From an uncultured Gammaproteobacteria bacterium (GTDB lineage: Bacteria; Patescibacteriota; Patescibacteriia; UBA1558; GWA2-36-10): DNA of 61,208 nucleotides. The notes below the pieces were generated by a model, which did no database searches, was not told the origin of the DNA, and saw nothing but the letters and a program-made list of their open reading frames with translations. The stretch is taken from assembly GCA_964633905.1 (NCBI GenBank), contig CAZWIT010000002.1, forward strand, positions 1-61,208, given 5' to 3'. Of the stretch, positions 54,576 to 61,208 are shown in pieces. Positions within the stretch are counted from its first letter, which is position 1; each line of letters opens with the position of its first letter. The position numbers were made by a program, and so were the translations under genes.

Positions 54576-55841
54576 ATGTTTAAACGTTTGGTAAGAAAAG
54601 ACGGGAGTGTAGTTTTGTTGGTCCCTAAAAAAGATACGCAGGCTACTACTTTTGAAGTATTATATAAAGTTGGTTCTCGACAAGAGCCAGCTCATTTAAG
54701 TGGTGTTTCTCATTTTATTGAGCATCTAATGTTTAAAGGCACGGTCAAACGTCCGCATACAGCTGATATTGCCAGAGAACTTGATAGCGTAGGCGCAGAG
54801 TATAATGCTTTTACTGGTAAGGAACACACTGGTTATTATGTTATGGCTGATCACGGCCATTTACCTATGGCTATGGATACGCTGTCTGACATGCTGCATA
54901 ATTCTAAATTGGATATTGAAGAAATAAATCGAGAAAGAGGTGTGATTATTGAGGAGATTAATATGTATGAAGATAACCCCTTAATGTATATTGATGATGT
55001 GTTTGAAAATTTATTATATCAAGCTTCGGTTTTAGGGCGATCTATTGCTGGCACTAGGGAGATTATTAAAGGAGTATCAAGACAGTCTCTGTGGAATTAT
55101 TATCAAAAATATTATTATCATGGCAATGCTGTTTTTGGTGTAGCTGGTAATTTTGATCAAGCAAAATTTTTACGTCTTTTAGATAAGTTATTTCCAATTA
55201 GCAAAAAACAAGCTCGTACTACAATTAAGCCAGTTAGAATTCCTAAACAAACAAAAGCAGCCTTGGCCTTGGTTAATCGCGAAGTAGAGCAAGTGCAATT
55301 AATGCTTGGCTTTAGGACCATGCCGGGTACTGACAAAAGATTTTTAGCTTTGCAGCTACTAGCTAATATTTTAGGTGGCACTATGAGTTCAAGGTTGTTT
55401 ATAAAAATTAGAGAACGTTCTGGTTTGTGTTATTTTATTCGCACCGAGGTTAATGCTTATGAAGATATTAGTTTAATGGCCGTGCATGCTGGCTTAAATA
55501 AGGATAAAATTTATGAAGCCTTGGAAGCTATAAAAGAAGAATTAAATCGAGTGCAAATCGAAGGAGTAACTCAAGCAGAATTACGTCAAGCCAAAGATAA
55601 TATTCGAGGTCGTTTAATTTTACGCTTAGAAAGTTCCCATAGTTATTTAAGCTTTTTATCAGCTCAAGAATTATGGCGTCAGCCAATTAAAGATTTAAAT
55701 GTTACCTTGAAAGAACTGGAGTCTGTGAGTTTAAGTCAGGTAAATAAATTAGCTAAAGATATTATTGCTTGGCCGCAGAGCAATTTAGCAGTTATTGGAC
55801 CTTTTGACTCTGATAATAAATTTTTAAAAATTTTAAAATAA
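54576..55841 (+). CDS. M16 family zinc peptidase
   Basis: SHFIEHLMFKGT (HxxEH), YNAFT, ERGVIIEE, MSSRLF. Confidence 0.93.
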   Translation: MFKRLVRKDGSVVLLVPKKDTQATTFEVLYKVGSRQEPAHLSGVSHFIEHLMFKGTVKRPHTADIARELDSVGAEYNAFTGKEHTGYYVMADHGHLPMAMDTLSDMLHNSKLDIEEINRERGVIIEEINMYEDNPLMYIDDVFENLLYQASVLGRSIAGTREIIKGVSRQSLWNYYQKYYYHGNAVFGVAGNFDQAKFLRLLDKLFPISKKQARTTIKPVRIPKQTKAALALVNREVEQVQLMLGFRTMPGTDKRFLALQLLANILGGTMSSRLFIKIRERSGLCYFIRTEVNAYEDISLMAVHAGLNKDKIYEALEAIKEELNRVQIEGVTQAELRQAKDNIRGRLILRLESSHSYLSFLSAQELWRQPIKDLNVTLKELESVSLSQVNKLAKDIIAWPQSNLAVIGPFDSDNKFLKILK

Positions 55842-55856
55842 TAATTAATTAAAATT

Positions 55857-56888
55857 ATGCCAAATAACAATCAATTGGCCATCACTAATGACACTATCTG
55901 GCGTTTCTTAGGGATAGTATTATTATTAGTTTTGGTATTTTTAGTCAAAGACGTTCTGGCTTTATTTTTTGTAGCCATTATTTTATCAGCTGCTTTTGAC
56001 CCTTGGGTAGATTATTTAACTAGGTTTAGGATACCTAGAGCCTTAGGTTTAGTTTTGGTTTATATTGTCTTTATTTTAGTGGTGGGGGGAGTAATTTATT
56101 TACTGACTGGTCCGATTGTTGAGCAGATCAAAGACATGTCGCGAGCTTTTCCAGATTTGTATTACAAAATTAATCACTGGTTAAAAGATTTAAATCGTTT
56201 GCCTGGTGATAATGTTAGTACTTTAACAGGGCCAAATTTAGCCGAAGTTACTAAATGGTTAAGTCAAGCTAGCTCCAGTTTATTTGGTTTTGTTAGCTCT
56301 TTATTTGGCGGTATTGTTAGTTTTTTTGCAATTTTAGTTATTACTTTTTACTTGACCGTTGAAGAAGACGCTAATAAAAAATTTATTGAAGCTTTAACTC
56401 CAGTTAAAAATAGAGTTTATATCAAACAATTGGTTGATAAAATGCAACTACGAATCGGCTATTGGTTTAGAGGTCAGCTTTTACTTTCAGCTATTATATT
56501 TACAGCTGTTTATATTGGTCTAAGTATTTTGCATGTAAAATATGCCTTATTGCTGGCACTACTAGCTGGTATTTTTGAAATCATTCCTTTTTTGGGACCA
56601 TGGTTAGCTGCTATTCCTGGTATCTTTTTTGCTTTTGCTGATAGCCCAATCAAGGCTTTTTGGGTAGCAATAGTTTATTTAGTCATTCAACAATTAGAAA
56701 ACCAATTGATTGTCCCTAAAGTGATGGGTAGAAGCACTGGCTTAAATCCTTTAGTTGTTATTTTAGTGATTTTAGCAGGCGGTAAACTAGCCGGCGTTAT
56801 GGGGGCACTACTGGCTGTGCCGGTAGCTACAGCTCTGGCAGTATATTTAGAAATTTTAATGGCTAAAAATAAAGATAGTAATTTATAA
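55857..56888 (+). CDS. AI-2E family transporter
   Basis: EIIPFLGP, QQLENQLIVPKVM, GALLAVP. Confidence 0.9.
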   Translation: MPNNNQLAITNDTIWRFLGIVLLLVLVFLVKDVLALFFVAIILSAAFDPWVDYLTRFRIPRALGLVLVYIVFILVVGGVIYLLTGPIVEQIKDMSRAFPDLYYKINHWLKDLNRLPGDNVSTLTGPNLAEVTKWLSQASSSLFGFVSSLFGGIVSFFAILVITFYLTVEEDANKKFIEALTPVKNRVYIKQLVDKMQLRIGYWFRGQLLLSAIIFTAVYIGLSILHVKYALLLALLAGIFEIIPFLGPWLAAIPGIFFAFADSPIKAFWVAIVYLVIQQLENQLIVPKVMGRSTGLNPLVVILVILAGGKLAGVMGALLAVPVATALAVYLEILMAKNKDSNL

Positions 56889-57565
56889 TGGCGAAACTTT
56901 ATATCATTGCTACGCCAATAGGCAATTTAGAAGATTTGACTTTACGAGCTTTACGTATTTTAAAAGAAGTTGATTTTGTTTTAGCTGAAGATAAAAGAGT
57001 AACTACTAAATTATTAAACTTTTATCAGCTAGATAAAAAATTATTAACTTGGCAACAACACAGCAAAGACACTGATTGGCAAGCAATTAAAAAGTTATTA
57101 GTTTCTGAAAAAGATTTGGCTTTGGTTTCTGATGCTGGTACGCCAGGTATTTCTGATCCAGGTGGAAAGTTAATTGAATTAATTTTAAGTGAACTACCAA
57201 GTGTTGAGATTATTCCTATTCCTGGGCCTTCGGCTTTGGCAGCTATTATATCAGTAGCTGGCGTGGCCATGGATAATTTTAGTTTTTATGGTTTTTTACC
57301 ACACAAAAAAGGTAGGCAAACTTTAATCAATGAAATAAAAAATTTAGATCAACCAGCTATATTTTTTGAATCAGTGCACCGAATTGAAAAAGCTTTAGAA
57401 CAATTATCCGATTGTAAAAAACAATTAATTGTCGGCAGAGAGCTGACCAAACAATTTGAAACAGTTTATCGTGGCACAGCGGAAAGTATTTTGAAGATCT
57501 TAAAAGATAAACCGCAGCAATTAAAAGGGGAGTTTGTAATTATTGTTGATAAAAAACAAGTATAA
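56888..57565 (+). CDS. rsmI: 16S rRNA C1402 2'-O-methyltransferase
   Basis: ATPIGNLED, VSDAGTPGISDPG, RELTK, KGEFV. Confidence 0.95.
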   Translation: MAKLYIIATPIGNLEDLTLRALRILKEVDFVLAEDKRVTTKLLNFYQLDKKLLTWQQHSKDTDWQAIKKLLVSEKDLALVSDAGTPGISDPGGKLIELILSELPSVEIIPIPGPSALAAIISVAGVAMDNFSFYGFLPHKKGRQTLINEIKNLDQPAIFFESVHRIEKALEQLSDCKKQLIVGRELTKQFETVYRGTAESILKILKDKPQQLKGEFVIIVDKKQV

Positions 57566-57582
57566 GCAAATAAAATAATTTT

Positions 57583-57861
57583 ATGAATGAAAATAATTTT
57601 TTTGAACAAAATCAAGTTCCAGAAAAATCCGATCATGAAAAAATTTTAGAAGAAGTTTTTGGTTGTTCAGTAGCTGATTTTATTACTAAAGTAAAAGCAG
57701 AATTGCCAGAAAATAGACAAAATAGAATACCATTTTTACTCACAGCTGCTATGCATATTTTGGATCAAGAGCAATTAATAAAAGGTGGCGAGCTGGCTGG
57801 TGATGCTAAAACTTTTGGTGCTATTTTACGGGAAGCTTTTGAAAATCATTTACAACAATAA
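57583..57861 (+). CDS. Hypothetical protein (92 aa)
   Basis: Fits between rsmI and the next gene without real overlap. Confidence 0.6.
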   Translation: MNENNFFEQNQVPEKSDHEKILEEVFGCSVADFITKVKAELPENRQNRIPFLLTAAMHILDQEQLIKGGELAGDAKTFGAILREAFENHLQQ

Positions 57862-57895
57862 TATGCCAAGCAATCATCGTGTAGCGAGATCCCGT

Positions 57896-58159
57896 ATGCG
57901 GGAAAAACAATTAGGTACTATCACTATTTTAATAGAGGATAGGCAGACGCATGCGGCTGATGTTCAGCAAATCTTAACTGATAATGGGCATTTGATCTTA
58001 GCCAGATTAGGTGTCAATGTTCAGCCAATGTGTATTGATCATTGTACTGGTTTAATAGTAGTAGCTATTGCTGCTACTAATAAACAGATTAAAGATTTAA
58101 CTAGTAAATTAAACAAATTGTACGGTATTGTAGCCAAGAGTAGTATCGTTAGTAAGTAA
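57896..58159 (+). CDS. TM1266-like ACT-fold protein (iron-only hydrogenase regulator family)
   Basis: LGTITILIEDR..VQQILT..ILARLGV..LTSKLNKL.GI pattern. Start 57896 or 57863 rather than 57785. Confidence 0.7.
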   Translation: MREKQLGTITILIEDRQTHAADVQQILTDNGHLILARLGVNVQPMCIDHCTGLIVVAIAATNKQIKDLTSKLNKLYGIVAKSSIVSK

Positions 58160-58160
58160 T

Positions 58161-59615
58161 ATGAAAAAAGATAAAGAAAAATTTTACATTAGCACACCTA
58201 TCTATTATATAAATGATAAGCCCCATATTGGTCATGCTTATACTACAGTAGTGGCTGATATCATGGCCCGGTATTATCGTTTAAAATTGGGTGATGCACA
58301 GACATATTTTTTGACTGGCACAGATGAGCATGGTATGAAGGTTGCAGAGGCAGCTAAAAAACAAAATTTAGCAGTGCCAGATTTTTGCGATAAGGTTAGC
58401 ACTCAGTTTAAAACAGCTTGGGAAAATTTAGATATTCACTATAATCATTTTATTCGCACTACGGATAAAGAACACGAAGCAATAGTTGTTGATATTTTAA
58501 ATAAACTAAAAGATAAAGGTGTTTTATACGAAGCAGATTATCATGGTTTGTATTGTGTTGCTTGTGAAAAATTTATTTTAGAAAGCGAATTAGTAGCTGG
58601 TTTGTGTCCAGATCATAAAATTGCCCCCCAACCACTTACGGAAAAAAATTGGTTTTTTAAACTAAGTGATTTTTTGCCAAGAATTAAAAAGGCTATTGAG
58701 GCTGAAGAGTTAGAAATTTATCCAAAAGTCCGTAAAAATGAAGTTTTGGGTTTAATTGACAAACAACACTTGCCAGATTTTTCTATTTCTCGCTCAGCTA
58801 AAAGTGTTTCTTGGGGTATTAATTTGCCTTGGGATAAAAATCAAAAAGTTTACGTTTGGATTGATGCATTGTCAAATTATATTACTGCTTTAAATTATCC
58901 TAAAGGTGCTGATTTTGAAAAATTCTGGCCAGCCGATATTCAGGTTTTGGGTTTAGATATTTTAAAATTTCACGCTCTATATTGGCCGGCAATATTACTA
59001 GCTTTAGATTTACCACTACCTAAGCGTCTAGCTATCCATGGTTATTTTACCATCAATGGTCAAAAGATGAGTAAAACAATCGGCAATGTAATTGACCCTA
59101 ATGAATTAGTAGCTAAATTTGGCGCTGAAGCGACTAAATATTTATTAGTATCACCATTTTCTTTTGGCTCGGAGTCAGATATTAAACAAAGCGACTTTGT
59201 TATTAAATATAATGCGGACTTAGTGAATGGTTTAGGTAATTTAGTAAATCGGGTTACTAATATGATCGAACAATATTTAGGTGGCGTTATTGATAAGCCG
59301 CTTACTAGTGACTTACCTGAGCAAGTGGGGCAATCTTTAGAACAATTAAAACTACGGGAAGCACTGCTGGCTATTTGGTCAGTGGTGCAGACTGCTAATG
59401 AAATTATTGATAAGCAACAACCTTGGGCTTTGTATAAAGCGGGCAAAACAGAAGAAGTTAAAAATATTTTGCAGAATTTAGCCAGTGACCTTTATAGCGT
59501 TGCTTTAGCTATTAAGCCATTTTTACCGCAAACAGCTTCTAGAATTGAGCAAATTATTTTAGCTTCTAAGGTAGTTAAACCAGTTGAACCATTATTTAAG
59601 CGACTAAATATTTAA
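58161..59615 (+). CDS. metG: Methionine-tRNA ligase (no C-terminal dimerisation domain)
   Basis: YYIND.PHIGHAY, GTDEHG, YVWIDAL, KMSKTIGN. Confidence 0.95.
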   Translation: MKKDKEKFYISTPIYYINDKPHIGHAYTTVVADIMARYYRLKLGDAQTYFLTGTDEHGMKVAEAAKKQNLAVPDFCDKVSTQFKTAWENLDIHYNHFIRTTDKEHEAIVVDILNKLKDKGVLYEADYHGLYCVACEKFILESELVAGLCPDHKIAPQPLTEKNWFFKLSDFLPRIKKAIEAEELEIYPKVRKNEVLGLIDKQHLPDFSISRSAKSVSWGINLPWDKNQKVYVWIDALSNYITALNYPKGADFEKFWPADIQVLGLDILKFHALYWPAILLALDLPLPKRLAIHGYFTINGQKMSKTIGNVIDPNELVAKFGAEATKYLLVSPFSFGSESDIKQSDFVIKYNADLVNGLGNLVNRVTNMIEQYLGGVIDKPLTSDLPEQVGQSLEQLKLREALLAIWSVVQTANEIIDKQQPWALYKAGKTEEVKNILQNLASDLYSVALAIKPFLPQTASRIEQIILASKVVKPVEPLFKRLNI

Positions 59616-59631
59616 TTTTAAATAAAAAATT

Positions 59632-60138
59632 ATGAATTTATTTGATGTAATTTTATTGGTAATTTTATTAATTTTTGTCTGGCAGGGATTTCGCACAGGC
59701 TTAATTGGTGCTATTGGTGGATTTTTTGGTATTATTGGCGGCATAGTCTTGGGTGGTCAATTTATGTCAGTATTAGGAGCAAATTTGGCCAAGTTGGTTA
59801 ATATTGATAATGTTAATTTAGCTAACATCTTAGCTTTTATCTTAATTTTTATTGGTGTTAATTTAGTGGTTAGTTTATTAGTAAAATTAATTAATACTAT
59901 TTTTCATATTATTCCTTTTATTGATTTAGTTAATAAATTATTAGGTGCGGTAGTTGGTTTGATCGGCGGTGTATTTGCAGTAGCGTCTATGGTTTATTTA
60001 ATTTCACTTTTCCCGATTAGCGAAACTATTAATAAGTCTTTAGTACAGTCTAGCGCTGCACCAGTAGTTAAAAATGTTTCAGTTGTAGTTAGACCATTTT
60101 TACCAGAAGCAGTAAAAAATTTAAAATCAATTTTATAA
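59632..60138 (+). CDS. cvpA: CvpA family protein
   Basis: N..DVILL..GFRTGLI; NKLLGAVVG. Confidence 0.85.
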   Translation: MNLFDVILLVILLIFVWQGFRTGLIGAIGGFFGIIGGIVLGGQFMSVLGANLAKLVNIDNVNLANILAFILIFIGVNLVVSLLVKLINTIFHIIPFIDLVNKLLGAVVGLIGGVFAVASMVYLISLFPISETINKSLVQSSAAPVVKNVSVVVRPFLPEAVKNLKSIL

Positions 60139-60147
60139 TAATTTTAA

Positions 60148-60957
60148 ATGTTATTTGATTCCCATAGTCATCTTAATTTTAAAGCTTTTGATGAAGACCG
60201 AGAGCAAGTGATTGAGCGTTGCCGACAAGCCGGCATGAGCGTGGTTAATGTTGGGGCAGCTTATGACACTAGTGAAAAGGCAGTGCAAATTGCTGACGCT
60301 AAGCAAATGTATGCCTCGATAGGCTTACACCCCATTCATGTATTTGATGAAGAATTTATTGTGACTGATTATCAAAAATTAATTGATGCCAATCAAGCTA
60401 AGGTAGTAGCCATGGGAGAAACGGGTCTTGATTATTTTCATTTAGACATGAGTTTTGCCAAGGGGGCAAAGTCTGTATCGGAAATAAAATCTTTACAAAA
60501 GCAAGTTTTTTTAAATCACTTAGAGCTAGCTAAAAAAAATAATTTGGCAGTTATCGTGCATGGACGCAATGGTAAAGATGAGCCAGAAGCTTATCAAGAT
60601 ATTTATCAAACGCTAAAAGATTTTGCTTATACTAGAGGCGTAGTGCATTGTTATGGTGGTAATTTAGCAGAAGCTAAAATGTTTGTAGATCTTGGATTTT
60701 ATTTAGGTTTTACGGGAATTGTCACCTTTGACAAAACTGGTGTTTTGGAGGAAATTATAAAATGGATGCCAATTGATAAAATCTTAATCGAAACTGATGC
60801 GCCCTATCTGTCTCCCGAACCATATCGAGGTAAAAGAAATGAGCCAATTTATGTGCAGTATGTGGCTGAAAAAATTGCTAAAATAAAAAGTCAAACTACA
60901 GCAGAAATAATAACTATCACGGGTAATAACGCGCTTAAATTATTTAACCTAAAATAA
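60148..60957 (+). CDS. tatD: TatD family nuclease
   Basis: DSHSHL, GLHP, GETGLDY, VHCY, ETDAPYL. Confidence 0.95.
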   Translation: MLFDSHSHLNFKAFDEDREQVIERCRQAGMSVVNVGAAYDTSEKAVQIADAKQMYASIGLHPIHVFDEEFIVTDYQKLIDANQAKVVAMGETGLDYFHLDMSFAKGAKSVSEIKSLQKQVFLNHLELAKKNNLAVIVHGRNGKDEPEAYQDIYQTLKDFAYTRGVVHCYGGNLAEAKMFVDLGFYLGFTGIVTFDKTGVLEEIIKWMPIDKILIETDAPYLSPEPYRGKRNEPIYVQYVAEKIAKIKSQTTAEIITITGNNALKLFNLK

Positions 60958-60958
60958 A

Positions 60959-61208
60959 ATGCAGACCTTTTCTTTGTTAGTATTTATCATATTATTAGTA
61001 GGCTTAGCTATAATAATTTATTTGTTAATGCAAAATCGTAAACCAAGCGATGATAAATCGTTATTGCTTTTGCAGTCGCAGATTTCCGATTTAACCAAGC
61101 AGTTAGGGGAGAAAATAGATTCCACTACCCATCAGTCCGCCAAAATGTTGCAGGATCAATTTATGGAAACTTCTCGTATTTCTAAAGACATGACGGAAAA
61201 ACTTTTGA
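60959..61208 (+). CDS. Partial ORF running off the window edge, possibly RmuC-family N-terminus
   Basis: MQTFSLLVFIILLVGLAIIIYLLMQ.. TM followed by coiled-coil-like LLLLQSQISDL; no stop before the edge. Confidence 0.45.
   Translation, partial: MQTFSLLVFIILLVGLAIIIYLLMQNRKPSDDKSLLLLQSQISDLTKQLGEKIDSTTHQSAKMLQDQFMETSRISKDMTEKLL

Noticed and set aside
16982-59446. Other nested or antisense track ORFs (e.g. 16982, 21756, 24108, 28468, 34984, 38221, 40207, 42669, 46182, 47470, 48052, 51151, 51287, 55157, 57025, 59060)
   Set aside because: Each overlaps a well-supported gene and lacks its own motifs.
1-61208. Alternative genetic code (UGA=Gly, as in Gracilibacteria/Absconditabacteria)
   Set aside because: Long conserved genes are uninterrupted in code 11, and TGA serves as a stop (xth, giant gene).

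Overview
AT-rich bacterial chromosome segment read in standard code 11. Gene content suggests Patescibacteria/CPR, probably Parcubacteria (inference): alpha2-type glyQS, type 2 ileS, short Rel, pilin-like proteins, a giant surface protein and many SD-less genes. The window is mostly housekeeping (dnaG-rpoD, parAB, rel, topA-dprA, ileS-recO, tgt, glyQS, metG, tatD, xth, alkD, ogt). It also holds a 4300-aa surface protein, two Cys-rich pilin-like genes next to a catalytically degenerate membrane-anchored Clp ATPase, and seven intact tRNAs. There is no CRISPR array, integrase, transposase or rRNA. The best candidate for an undescribed system is a tRNA-associated set of small elements. (i) Two solo ~85-aa GIY-YIG nuclease genes each run into the downstream tRNA gene and take their stop codon from it. 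(ii) One is bracketed by a duplication of the tRNA 5' part. (iii) A 33-35 nt double-hairpin module is inserted without target duplication into two different tRNA fragments. (iv) 40-bp REP-like units use the tRNA CCA end as a stem arm. Other leads are a MITE-like ACCCYGT inverted-repeat family, four self-contained SD-led mini-gene cassettes (one type I toxin-like with alien codon usage), and apparent leaderless transcription. Protein family calls come from motif recognition, not database searches, and novelty could not be checked against the literature.
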